NCBI GenBank assembly: GCA_041665505.1
Contig: JBAYIR010000001.1
Location: 147,108-211,107 of the forward strand
Direction of reading: 5' to 3'
DNA: 64,000 bases
Source: Patescibacteria group bacterium
GTDB lineage: Bacteria > Patescibacteriota > Patescibacteriia > UBA1558 > GWA2-36-10
Part shown: positions 9,231-18,026 of the stretch, piece after piece
Numbering within the stretch: position 1 is the stretch's first letter
Layout of the letters: each line of letters opens with the position of its first letter
Made by a program: the position numbers and the translations under genes
The notes under the pieces: generated by a model
What the model saw: the letters and a program-made list of their open reading frames with translations, nothing else
What the model was told of the DNA's origin: nothing
Databases searched by the model: none

Positions 9231-10175
9231 ATGAGTTTTAAAGATAGAAATATTATTAGGCAAATTAGCCAGATTTTTAATTTGGTCAAAAAAAATAATC
9301 GGATAAAAATAATTGGAGCAGTTATTTTGTTAATAGTTTTGTCTCAATGGTTGATGATAAAATTAGTTTATGCTCATAAATTGCCTCTCAGTTCATCAAT
9401 ATTTTTTGCTCAAGTTTATAATCTCAAAGCTGGCACTATAGAAGAGCAATCAGGAGAGCTTGATATTTATTTGAAAGATTTTTTGATTAATAAAAGATTT
9501 GCTGATAAATTATTGAAAGCTACCCCTACTATAGAGGATAGTGTTAAAGATACTGACGCTAGTGAGGAAGAGCTTTCAGGTCTAGTTTGGAGTAAGCTAG
9601 TCAAATTAGCTTGGTTAAATAAATTGGCCAAGGAAAATAATATAGAAGTAAGTTCAGAAGATATTGATGATTATATTAATGCAGTAGGTGGAGTAGATAA
9701 TGTAGAGACAATGCTTAAAAACCAAGGAACTTCTATTGATGAATATAAATATTTTTTAATAGAGCCAGACATATTAGAGAATAAGGTTTATAATCATTTA
9801 ATAACTAGTTTTACAGATCAAAAAGGAGTCCAAAAAATACAAGAAGTTTATAGTCTACTAGAAGCAGAAAATGGCCAGAACTGGGATGAAGTTGTCAAAC
9901 AATATGGTGAAAATGGGTCATTGTCAGATAATAGTTTTTGGTTGTCTGAAGAAGAATTGGTGGATATTTATGAGCCAATTAAAGATATAGAAGCAGGGGA
10001 GTTTAGCAAAATCGTTCAAGCTCCAGATGGTTATATTATTTGGCACTTAGATTCTATCTCTAGTGATGAGACTAAAGTAATGAGAGAAGTCAGGGGTTTG
10101 TTTGTTTATGCTCAGAGTATTGATGATTTTTTTGATGCTTATTTAGATAGTGTCAGTATAAAGAAAATATATTAA
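9231..10175 (+). CDS. Membrane-anchored PpiC-type peptidyl-prolyl isomerase-like protein (PrsA/SurA-like)
   Basis: An N-terminal TM helix is present. The C-terminal segment GEFSKIVQAPDGYIIWHL resembles a parvulin domain. Confidence 0.4.
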   Translation: MSFKDRNIIRQISQIFNLVKKNNRIKIIGAVILLIVLSQWLMIKLVYAHKLPLSSSIFFAQVYNLKAGTIEEQSGELDIYLKDFLINKRFADKLLKATPTIEDSVKDTDASEEELSGLVWSKLVKLAWLNKLAKENNIEVSSEDIDDYINAVGGVDNVETMLKNQGTSIDEYKYFLIEPDILENKVYNHLITSFTDQKGVQKIQEVYSLLEAENGQNWDEVVKQYGENGSLSDNSFWLSEEELVDIYEPIKDIEAGEFSKIVQAPDGYIIWHLDSISSDETKVMREVRGLFVYAQSIDDFFDAYLDSVSIKKIY

Positions 10176-10183
10176 ATTTTTTT

Positions 10184-10864
10184 ATGATAAAATTGATTGA
10201 TTTAAGCAAAGTCTATAATAAAAATGTGCAAGCTTTAAAAAATATAAATTTGCACATTAAACCAGGGGAATTTGTTTCTATTGTTGGACAAAGTGGTTCA
10301 GGAAAATCTACTCTGGTCAAATTAGTTATAGCTGAAGAAAGACCAAATGGGGGTAAAATTATTATTGGGGGCTGGGATATCATCAACATTAAAGATAGAG
10401 AAATCCCTACTCTCAGACGGCAATTAGGGGTTATTTTCCAGGATTTTAAATTATTACCAAAAAAAACTGTTTTTGAAAATGTGTCTTTTGCTATGGAGGC
10501 CTGTGGCTTTAAAGCCTCTGAAATAAAAAAAACATCTTCGCAGATAATTTCTTTGGTTGGCCTCAAAGGTAAAGAAGATCGTTATCCTCATCAATTATCT
10601 GGTGGAGAACAACAAAGAGTAGCTATTGCTAGGAGTCTAGTACACAAACCAAAACTTTTGGTGGCTGACGAGCCAACTGGTAATTTGGATTCTATCAATA
10701 CTAGAGAAATTATGGATTTATTAAAAAAAATAAATAATATGGGTACTACTATAGTGTTGGTAACTCACAATAAAGATGTAGTCAATGGTTTGCATGGTCG
10801 GGTTATCACTTTAGATAATGGCCAAATAATCAGTGATCAGTCACAAGGAAGGTATTTATTATAA
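10184..10864 (+). CDS. ftsE: Cell division ATP-binding protein FtsE
   Basis: Walker A (GQSGSGKST), the ABC signature ([15 protein letters not shown]) and Walker B ([12 protein letters not shown]) are present. The gene lies next to ftsX. Confidence 0.85.
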   Translation: MIKLIDLSKVYNKNVQALKNINLHIKPGEFVSIVGQSGSGKSTLVKLVIAEERPNGGKIIIGGWDIINIKDREIPTLRRQLGVIFQDFKLLPKKTVFENVSFAMEACGFKASEIKKTSSQIISLVGLKGKEDRYPHQLSGGEQQRVAIARSLVHKPKLLVADEPTGNLDSINTREIMDLLKKINNMGTTIVLVTHNKDVVNGLHGRVITLDNGQIISDQSQGRYLL

Positions 10865-10868
10865 AATT

Positions 10869-11786
10869 ATGATAAATTTATTTAGAGTTTTTAAATTTGC
10901 CTTACAAGGATTTTTTAGAAATTTTTGGTTGTCGGTAGTAACAATAACCATAATGTTGATGGCGGTTTTGTCAGTGACATTGCTGATGTCTATGGACTAT
11001 ATCAAGGAGACTACTATTAAATCTGTAGAAAATCAGATTGATATTTTGGTAGAAATACGGCCAAATATTAGTCGAGAAGAAATAGAGAATTTTGTTTTAG
11101 AATTAGACGATTTGGATGAAGTAGATGATATAGTTATTATCAGCCCAGAGCAGAATAGAGAATTATTTTTACAAAATAATACAGATGAAAAAGTTAAAGA
11201 GGTTTTAAATGTCTATGCAGATAATGAAAATCCTTTTTCATATTCTTTGTCAGTCAAAGCTTATAAGCTCAGCCAATATTCAAACATTTTAAATTTTGTA
11301 AATCAGGAAAAATATTCCAATTTAATAGAAACTAGTGATATTGATACTCATGAAGAAATTATTAATAAGATAAATAGTATAGCGAATTTTTTAAATAAAT
11401 ATAGTTGGTACATTACCGGCATATTTTTATTAATTTCAGTGCTAGTCATTTTTAATACCATTAGAATCAGTATCTATACTCGTCGTGATGAAATCACAAT
11501 TATGAAATTGGTCGGTGCAGGCAATGCCTTTGTGAGGGTGCCATTTATTTTGGAAAGCATATTTTATGCTCTAACCGCTGTACTGATAGTAATAGCTATT
11601 TCTTATCCTTTAGTAAATCTAGTCCAGCCAGTTTTGAATAGCTATTTTCAAGGAGATCAGGTTATTAATTTAGTTAGTTACTTTAATAGTAATTTTGTAG
11701 AAATTTTTGTTTATCAACTTATTGTTTTGGTGGTTTTAAATGTAGTTAGTACCGCTATAGCAGTCAAAAGATATCTAAAAGTTTGA
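10869..11786 (+). CDS. ftsX: Cell division permease-like protein FtsX
   Basis: An N-terminal TM helix, an extracellular domain and three C-terminal TM helices are present. The gene sits immediately downstream of ftsE. The start is moved to the ATG at 10869. Confidence 0.7.
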   Translation: MINLFRVFKFALQGFFRNFWLSVVTITIMLMAVLSVTLLMSMDYIKETTIKSVENQIDILVEIRPNISREEIENFVLELDDLDEVDDIVIISPEQNRELFLQNNTDEKVKEVLNVYADNENPFSYSLSVKAYKLSQYSNILNFVNQEKYSNLIETSDIDTHEEIINKINSIANFLNKYSWYITGIFLLISVLVIFNTIRISIYTRRDEITIMKLVGAGNAFVRVPFILESIFYALTAVLIVIAISYPLVNLVQPVLNSYFQGDQVINLVSYFNSNFVEIFVYQLIVLVVLNVVSTAIAVKRYLKV

Positions 11787-11850
11787 TATATTTATATAAA
11801 TATAGTATCAAAAAAGACTGTTTAATAGACAGTCTTTTTTAGTAAATTAT

Positions 11851-12129
11851 TTATTCAGGTAGAACATCAATAAATTTTGTTTCTTTGAGCGAACCATCAA
11901 ATTTTAATTTTTTTAATTTTCTAAATTTGATAATACCAGATATTTTAGCAAATAGTGAATCATCCTTAGCTCGGCCTACATTTTTTCCAGCGTGAAATTT
12001 TGTGCCACGTTGACGTACCAAAATAGCACCGGCTTTTGCATGTTGACCAGCAAATAGTTTTACTCCTAGACGTTGACTTTGGGAGTCACGGCCTAAACTT
12101 GTGGAACCGCCCGCTTTCTTATGTGCCAT
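11851..12129 (-). CDS. rpmA: 50S ribosomal protein L27
   Basis: The protein begins [29 protein letters not shown]..., a canonical L27 sequence. Confidence 0.9.
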   Translation of the reverse strand: MAHKKAGGSTSLGRDSQSQRLGVKLFAGQHAKAGAILVRQRGTKFHAGKNVGRAKDDSLFAKISGIIKFRKLKKLKFDGSLKETKFIDVLPE

Positions 12130-12229
12130 ATTTTTTAATTTATAATATTATAGTTTATTAAATCAGCTTTAGTCCGTTAAATCCCCTAAAAGTAGGTGAC
12201 TTTAAAAGAAAAGCATTTAACGGTGTAAA

Positions 12230-12263
12230 TAATAGCTAAAAAGTCAATATATGTCAAGCCCCG
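12230..12263 (-). promoter_or_regulatory. Candidate promoter (TTGACA-17-TATTAT) and structured leader upstream of rpmA
   Basis: On the minus strand, TTGACATATATTGACTTTTTAGCTATTAT is present. Downstream in the leader, a 9-bp inverted repeat CCGTTAAAT...ATTTAACGG lies at plus 12174-12222. Confidence 0.35.
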
Positions 12264-12543
12264 CCCCTTTTTCTCAATTTAATGAGAAAGCAGGCTAAAG
12301 AGGCGAGGAGTGATCATTTATATCAATAAACTTATTGATTTTATGGGATTTAGAACATTTTTAACTGAGTTTTTCGATAGATTAGACGAGGTGGATATTT
12401 AGTGTAGTTTATCTTTTCTGAGTATTTTTTTAGTAAATATTCTTCAAATAATTTTCGATATTTTATTCTAGTTTTTCTATTTATTTTAAACATAATATTT
12501 TTGTTAACGATCTAGAGTTAGCTAATCTAGGCTTGAAAAAATT

Positions 12544-13146
12544 TTATAGAAAAGTTCTCATTATTCCTTTGACTACGCCTTGAATAGCTGGATTTTTGGA
12601 ATAGATGGGTTTCATATTTTTATTAGCTGGCTGTAATCTAATACGGTCTTTTTCTCTATAATATTTTTTTAAAGTGGCATAAGTATTGTCTAATAAAGCT
12701 ACAACCACATCGCCATTTCTAGGATAAAAATTTCTCTCTACTATTACGTAGTCTCCATCAAGAATACCATCTTCTATCATTGATTCACCTTTGACTTTAA
12801 GGACAAAGCTGTTTTCGTCTCGGATCATATTTTGAGGCACAGCAATAGTCTCATGGGTTTCTATAGCTTCAATTGGTTCACCAGCAGTGATAAGGCCAGC
12901 TAGTGGTAATTCTATAGATCTACCAAAGCGATGCTGGCTAATTATTTCTAAAGAACGAGCGGCATTGTGAGAAGAGCTAATCACACCTTTATCTTCTAAA
13001 GCTTTGACATGCTCATGAATGGTAGCAGTGGAGGATAGACCAAAGTGTTCGGCTATTTCTCTATAGCTAGGGGCATATTCGTAACTTTGAATAAATTGAG
13101 TAATAAAATCCAATATTTGTTTTTGCTTCTTTGTTAAGTTTGGCAT
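12544..13146 (-). CDS. lexA: LexA repressor
   Basis: The protein begins MPNLTKKQKQILDFI..., which is the HTH region. The C-terminal S24 peptidase domain carries the Ala-Gly cleavage-site region (LPLAGLITAGEP), GESM (Ser) and KKYY (Lys). The start is set at the ATG at 13146 to give a 200-aa protein. Confidence 0.8.
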   Translation of the reverse strand: MPNLTKKQKQILDFITQFIQSYEYAPSYREIAEHFGLSSTATIHEHVKALEDKGVISSSHNAARSLEIISQHRFGRSIELPLAGLITAGEPIEAIETHETIAVPQNMIRDENSFVLKVKGESMIEDGILDGDYVIVERNFYPRNGDVVVALLDNTYATLKKYYREKDRIRLQPANKNMKPIYSKNPAIQGVVKGIMRTFL

Positions 13147-13285
13147 ATTTTTTTTCTTATTTCTTATATCTGTATTATATACCGAACAAAAACCGAACGT
13201 CAAGTATTTTATTGTGGATAAGTAAAAAACATTGCTAAAAATAGATATTATTGTTATCTTTAAGCATAATTTTAAGATTAAATAA

Positions 13286-13975
13286 ATGAGCAACGAATTA
13301 TTATTTATATTTTTTACATTATTTTTATTAAGTTTATCTCTTTTAGCTTTTAGGCTAGGCAAGGCTTATATATTTATTTTAGTAGCTCTCTATAGTCTTT
13401 TGATGAATATATTTGTATTGAAGCAGTTTACTTTATTTGGTTTAGCAGTGACTGGTGGCAATTCACTTTATGGGGCCTTATTTTTGTTGACAGATTTGCT
13501 GTCTGAACATTATAACGAACGTGAAGCTTTTAAAGCAGTTTTGGTAGGATTTGTAACTTCATTTATTTTTGTAGTATCTACTCAAATACTATTGGCTTAT
13601 TCGGTTAATGAATTTGATTTTGCTCAGGCACATTTAGTAGCTTTATTCTCCTTGTCTCCTCGTATATTATTTGCTTCAATGTTGGCTTATATTATTTCCC
13701 AAAGTTTTGATGTCTGGGCTTTTAATAAAATTCGTCGCTTAACTAATAATAGATTTTTATGGCTAAGAAATAATCTCTCTACATTTGTTGCTCAATTTAT
13801 AGATACTATAATTTTTACTGCGCTTGGTCTGACTGCTTTTAGTTTTTTGCCTTTTCCAGGAGTAATAGCTAGTGATTTGTTTTGGCCAGTAGTTATAGCT
13901 ACTTATATAATTAAAGTCTTAGTCGCTTTATTAGACACTCCTTTTTTGTACTGGAGCTACAAGATAAAAAAATAA
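13286..13975 (+). CDS. YhhQ/Vut_1-family membrane protein (putative queuosine-precursor transporter)
   Basis: The protein is polytopic with the segment SQSFDVWAFNKIRRLT. It is transcribed divergently from lexA. Confidence 0.45.
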   Translation: MSNELLFIFFTLFLLSLSLLAFRLGKAYIFILVALYSLLMNIFVLKQFTLFGLAVTGGNSLYGALFLLTDLLSEHYNEREAFKAVLVGFVTSFIFVVSTQILLAYSVNEFDFAQAHLVALFSLSPRILFASMLAYIISQSFDVWAFNKIRRLTNNRFLWLRNNLSTFVAQFIDTIIFTALGLTAFSFLPFPGVIASDLFWPVVIATYIIKVLVALLDTPFLYWSYKIKK

Positions 13976-14033
13976 TAATTATTTTATAATCAACTATTTA
14001 TTAGCTTTTGAGATATAATAGTAGATTTTTTTG

Positions 14034-14062
14034 TTGACAAAAAATTTCATAAACTATAAAGT
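14034..14062 (+). promoter_or_regulatory. Promoter of cassette 2 unit a (TTGACA ... TATAAA)
   Basis: TTGACA at 14034-14039 is followed 15-17 nt later by TATAAA/TAAAGT. The RBS GGAGGA lies ahead of the ATG at 14129. Confidence 0.45.
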
Positions 14063-14128
14063 ATTTTAGCGTCCCTAGGCTCTTGATTCCTTCCCGCGTG
14101 TGACTCTCACTGAACTGGAGGACTTAGC

Positions 14129-14596
14129 ATGAGCAACATCGTAGGTAGTCCCTTGTTGCAGCGCATTACTGGCTGCTCAACCGACATTGCCACCGCCGCT
14201 CAGCAGGCGGTGGAGAGCCTAATGAAGCATCTTCAAGTTGGCACTTTGGTGCCTGGAAGCTGGAAGCTCTACTGGGCGCCGGAGTACTACAAGGACCCCA
14301 AACTTGAGTACGCTAGTGTCTTTAAGGTAGAGATCATTCTGACCATTCAGGCTCAGGCGGGTAGCCTCCCGCCACAGGACTCGCGGCAGTGGTTCGTAAG
14401 CGAGATCATCGCCTCTGATGATCGTAGCGACAGAGCCATGATGGCCGCCGTGCAGCAGGCTACTGCTGTGATGGTCGAGCACGGCCTCAACGAGAATGAG
14501 TGTCAGAGTCTCATTCTCTGCTACACCAAGGACAACAAGGTCTACTGCTCCTTCTGGCTGTTCTACTACGCCGAGCAGGAAGTGGACTGTCACTGA
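14129..14596 (+). CDS. Hypothetical 155-aa protein (high-GC cassette 2)
   Basis: The ORF is GC-rich and has a GGAGGA RBS with a 7-nt spacer. It is followed by the terminator GGAGGCAGCAC-tgcg-GTGCTGCCTCC. No family is recognised. The antisense ORF 14219-14593 is judged spurious. Confidence 0.5.
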   Translation: MSNIVGSPLLQRITGCSTDIATAAQQAVESLMKHLQVGTLVPGSWKLYWAPEYYKDPKLEYASVFKVEIILTIQAQAGSLPPQDSRQWFVSEIIASDDRSDRAMMAAVQQATAVMVEHGLNENECQSLILCYTKDNKVYCSFWLFYYAEQEVDCH

Positions 14597-14623
14597 GTTT
14601 TGATCCCTCAGCGGATCGTTTTA

Positions 14624-14658
14624 GGAGGCAGCACTGCGGTGCTGCCTCCTGCCTTTTA
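14624..14658 (+). terminator. Intrinsic terminator of cassette 2 unit a
   Basis: An 11-bp stem with a 4-nt loop is followed by TGCCTTTTA. Confidence 0.65.
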
Positions 14659-14693
14659 CTTAATTTTAATTATAGTATTTTGTGTTTATTTAG

Positions 14694-14721
14694 TTGACAA
14701 AAAACTTATTTTAGGTTAATT
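14694..14721 (+). promoter_or_regulatory. Promoter of cassette 2 unit b (TTGACA-16-TTAATT)
   Basis: TTGACA lies at 14694-14699. The -10 element is weak. Confidence 0.35.
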
Positions 14722-14778
14722 TCTTTGGGCTTAGTGTTATTTCACAGTTGACTAGGACTCCAACGAAAGGATTCGAGC

Positions 14779-15093
14779 ATGTCCAAGCGTATGGTGGTTG
14801 TTCAACACAGCCATGTTATTGGAGTGTGTTCTGGTACCGTCAGAGTTGAGCGTCTGGAAAATGCTCAGACTGGCGTCCGTTTCAGGTTGAAGATTGGCAG
14901 TGAGCGTTCTGTCAGTAGCCCTGACATCGCAGAGCTGACCAGCTGTCTCAAAGACCAGGTCTTTGCTCGCCGTGTGAGCCAGGCTTTTACTATGGAGGCG
15001 CCGACTATTTCTTCTCTTCGACCAATGCTTCCCAAGTTCAAGGTGAAGTTCTTAGCCACGAAGGCTCGCCGTGACGAGGATCTGTTCGATTAA
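14779..15093 (+). CDS. Hypothetical 104-aa protein (high-GC cassette 2)
   Basis: The ORF is GC-rich with an AGGA RBS. No family is recognised. Confidence 0.45.
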   Translation: MSKRMVVVQHSHVIGVCSGTVRVERLENAQTGVRFRLKIGSERSVSSPDIAELTSCLKDQVFARRVSQAFTMEAPTISSLRPMLPKFKVKFLATKARRDEDLFD

Positions 15094-15115
15094 ATGTAAA
15101 AAATGGAGGAACTCC

Positions 15116-15343
15116 GTGCCTAAAATCAGCCTGGCCAAGGCTGATCCTATCCGTCAGCAGATACTATTGGTGGTTGAGTCTTGGCCCAAGGCAGAAGGCG
15201 AATGCAAGCCGAGCGCGGTTTGCTGTTTGGTCGCTGAAACTGGTGCGGCTAGCTATGGCGATTGCGCCCAGCAAGTGGCTATCCTTTTGCAACAAGGAGA
15301 ACTGAAAATAGAGCCTCAGCAAAGAGGGCTCTACGTTCCGTGA
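15116..15343 (+). CDS. Hypothetical 75-aa protein (high-GC cassette 2), GTG start
   Basis: A perfect GGAGGA lies 5 nt upstream of the GTG at 15116. The ORF-track start at 15071 would overlap the preceding ORF. The terminator follows immediately. Confidence 0.4.
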   Translation: MPKISLAKADPIRQQILLVVESWPKAEGECKPSAVCCLVAETGAASYGDCAQQVAILLQQGELKIEPQQRGLYVP

Positions 15344-15345
15344 GA

Positions 15346-15380
15346 GGGGCTTCGGGAAACCGAAGCCCCTTAACTTTTTT
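15346..15380 (+). terminator. Intrinsic terminator of cassette 2 unit b
   Basis: GGGGCTTCGG-gaaa-CCGAAGCCCC is followed by TTAACTTTTTT. Confidence 0.75.
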
Positions 15381-16662
15381 ATTGAATAGTTAAATAATAA
15401 TTTTCTTCGGGACTCAGGACAAATAGTCTTTCACCTTTTTTATCAAAGAGATAACTTTTTTTACGAGGGTTGTTGATAAGTTCTATATTATTTCTTTTGT
15501 CTCTACCATCTAATTCAGTCAAAGTAGTGCTATCATTTATTTCTGAGACAAAATAACTACCATTGGGATGCCAAAATACATCAGCTACTATATTAGAGGA
15601 TCTATCAATTAGATTTTGCCAGTCATTTTTATAATTAAAAAGTATTATTTCATGGCCATTGGTCATCAGTAGTCTTTCATCATGCAACTCTACTACCGTA
15701 ATTGGTATAGTAATTAAATCCTTAAAAATATTTTTGATATATAATTTTGAACCCAAAGTAAAGATAAGATAATTATCTTCCACTAGTAATATATCTAAAT
15801 TACCTAAATTGACATTATTTATTACTTGTTTTGTCTCTAGATTACTTTTATTCAGTTGTTCAACAAAATTATTTTTATTCAGAGTATATTGAATGATTAG
15901 CCAATTATCTTTGATAGCAAAATCATTTATAGGGTTTTTAATATTCAAAAGTTCATCAGCTTCACCAGTTGCTTGGTGTTTGTGTCTGTAGAGTTTACTA
16001 TCTTTAAGATAAAGCAAAGTATCGGTGCCATTTTCCCAAACAATTTTTTGTAGACCGATGATGGGTAAAGGGTCTAGTTGTTTTTGATCAATATTAAAGC
16101 TAAAATATTTTGTATCAGCTTGAACTATTATTTGTTGGTTATCTATAGACCAATCAATTAATTCATATTTTTGGTCTAGGGTAGTTATTTCAAAAACCTT
16201 GGCTTGTTCAATATCAGTAATTAATAAGCGTTTCTCATTATCTATAAAAGCATATTTATTTTTATCTTTATTGAGCAAAAATTTTTCACTGCCAGCACTT
16301 AAAATTGTTTTTGGTCTATTGTCTAAAAATAATACAATATCTTCGGCAAAAGTAGTTTCTCCAGAATAAATATCCAGTTCTTTGTTCCAAGTTACATAAT
16401 TATCTTTACTGACTTTTAACTTATGCGTGCCGGGGGGTATATTTACTACTTGAGTGGGAGTTTTGTTTTTATTTTTTTTGTCATTTACAAAAATTTCTGC
16501 ACCACGAGGGAAAGATTTGATATAAAAAGCGCCATTTTTTTTGAGATTACCAGTTTTAAAATCATACCTATAGCCCAAAGAATAGGTCGTTAGTAACGGT
16601 GCTAAAATAAAAAATAGTATAAAAAATATTGAAACAGTAATTTTTCTAAAGATTTTTTCCAT
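15379..16662 (-). CDS. PEGA-domain/beta-propeller-like envelope protein
   Basis: An N-terminal TM helix is present. A PEGA-like segment (FYIKSFPRGAEIFVNDKK...GTHKLKVSKDNYVTWNKELDIYSGETT) is followed by a repeat-rich C-terminal region. Confidence 0.55.
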   Translation of the reverse strand: MEKIFRKITVSIFFILFFILAPLLTTYSLGYRYDFKTGNLKKNGAFYIKSFPRGAEIFVNDKKNKNKTPTQVVNIPPGTHKLKVSKDNYVTWNKELDIYSGETTFAEDIVLFLDNRPKTILSAGSEKFLLNKDKNKYAFIDNEKRLLITDIEQAKVFEITTLDQKYELIDWSIDNQQIIVQADTKYFSFNIDQKQLDPLPIIGLQKIVWENGTDTLLYLKDSKLYRHKHQATGEADELLNIKNPINDFAIKDNWLIIQYTLNKNNFVEQLNKSNLETKQVINNVNLGNLDILLVEDNYLIFTLGSKLYIKNIFKDLITIPITVVELHDERLLMTNGHEIILFNYKNDWQNLIDRSSNIVADVFWHPNGSYFVSEINDSTTLTELDGRDKRNNIELINNPRKKSYLFDKKGERLFVLSPEENYYLTIQ

Positions 16663-16721
16663 CTTGTTATAAATTCAAATTTAGGGTATTATTTATATTA
16701 ATAATTCAATATTACTATACT

Positions 16722-18026
16722 ATGTCTAGCTTTATTATTCAAGGTGGAAACAGTTTACATGGTTCCATCAAAGTAGCTGGTTCCAAAAATGCCGCTACAC
16801 CAATAATTGCCGCTACTTTGCTCAGCAAAGAGGAAATTATCTTACATAATGTACCATTGATAGAGGACGTCAAAAAGATGCTCCAGATTTTGGTATCCAT
16901 GGGTTCAAAAGTTGTGTGGATGGACAGTAATAGTGTCAAAATTGATAATGCCAATTTAGACCCCAATCAAATGGATATGAAGTTAGTTTCAGCTATGAGG
17001 TCTTCTATTCTTTTGATGGGATCTTTGGTTGGTCGTTTTGGTAGATTAAATACCAAAGAGCCAGGTGGTTGTCAGATTGGTTCACGTTCACTAGATGCCC
17101 ATTTCATAGGTTTCAAAAAACTGGGGATTGATATTTTTAGAGATAAGGATAATGATAAATATTATACTTTAGAAAAAAAACATCCAGCTGAAGAAGAAAT
17201 AAATCTCAGTGAATTTTCTGTGACGGGCACAGAAAATATGATTTTAGCTTCAGTACTCAATCAGGGCAAGGTAAAAATTAATATTGCGGCTGCTGAACCA
17301 TCAGTTCAAGATTTATGTTGGTTTTTGGTTTCTTTGGGAGCGGAGATAGAAGGTATTGGCACTAACTTTTTGACTATTACTGGTGTCAACAAACTGCGTG
17401 GTGGCTCATATTATGTTATGCCTGATCCTATAGAAACGGGTACCTTTATATCTTTAGCGGGAGCTACTAAATCAGAATTTGTCATAGAAAATACAGCTCC
17501 AGAATTTCTGACTTTAGCTATTGAAAAATATAAAGAAGTCGGTCTAAAATTGGATATTGAATATTTGGATTTACAAGCCAACAAAAATTATAAATTAGCT
17601 AATATCAAAGTTAGTGGCAAGGTAGAGCTCAAGGCTATTAAAAAATTGCATGATATGCCTTATCCTGGTTTTGCGGCTGACTTAATCCAACCATTTACGG
17701 TGATGATGACTCAGGCTAAAGGTACATCACTAATTCATGACTGGATGTATGATGGTAGGCTAAAATATGTAGCTGAACTTCAGAAAATGGGAGCGGATAT
17801 AGTGGTTTCTGATCCACATCGTATTGTAGTTATCGGTTCAGCCCCTTTATTTGGTAAAGAAATTACTAGTTTTGATCTGCGAGCTGGAGCAACACTTATT
17901 ATTGCTGCTTTAGCTGCTTCAGGAGAATCTAAAGTTACTAATATTTATCAAGTAGATAGGGGCTATCAGGAATTAGATCTTCGTTTATCAAAAATGGGAG
18001 CTAAAATTAAAAGAGTAGAAGATTAG
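16722..18026 (+). CDS. murA: UDP-N-acetylglucosamine 1-carboxyvinyltransferase
   Basis: MSSFIIQGGNSLHGSIKVAGSKNAATPIIAATLL and MurA/EPSP-fold motifs throughout. Confidence 0.9.
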   Translation: MSSFIIQGGNSLHGSIKVAGSKNAATPIIAATLLSKEEIILHNVPLIEDVKKMLQILVSMGSKVVWMDSNSVKIDNANLDPNQMDMKLVSAMRSSILLMGSLVGRFGRLNTKEPGGCQIGSRSLDAHFIGFKKLGIDIFRDKDNDKYYTLEKKHPAEEEINLSEFSVTGTENMILASVLNQGKVKINIAAAEPSVQDLCWFLVSLGAEIEGIGTNFLTITGVNKLRGGSYYVMPDPIETGTFISLAGATKSEFVIENTAPEFLTLAIEKYKEVGLKLDIEYLDLQANKNYKLANIKVSGKVELKAIKKLHDMPYPGFAADLIQPFTVMMTQAKGTSLIHDWMYDGRLKYVAELQKMGADIVVSDPHRIVVIGSAPLFGKEITSFDLRAGATLIIAALAASGESKVTNIYQVDRGYQELDLRLSKMGAKIKRVED

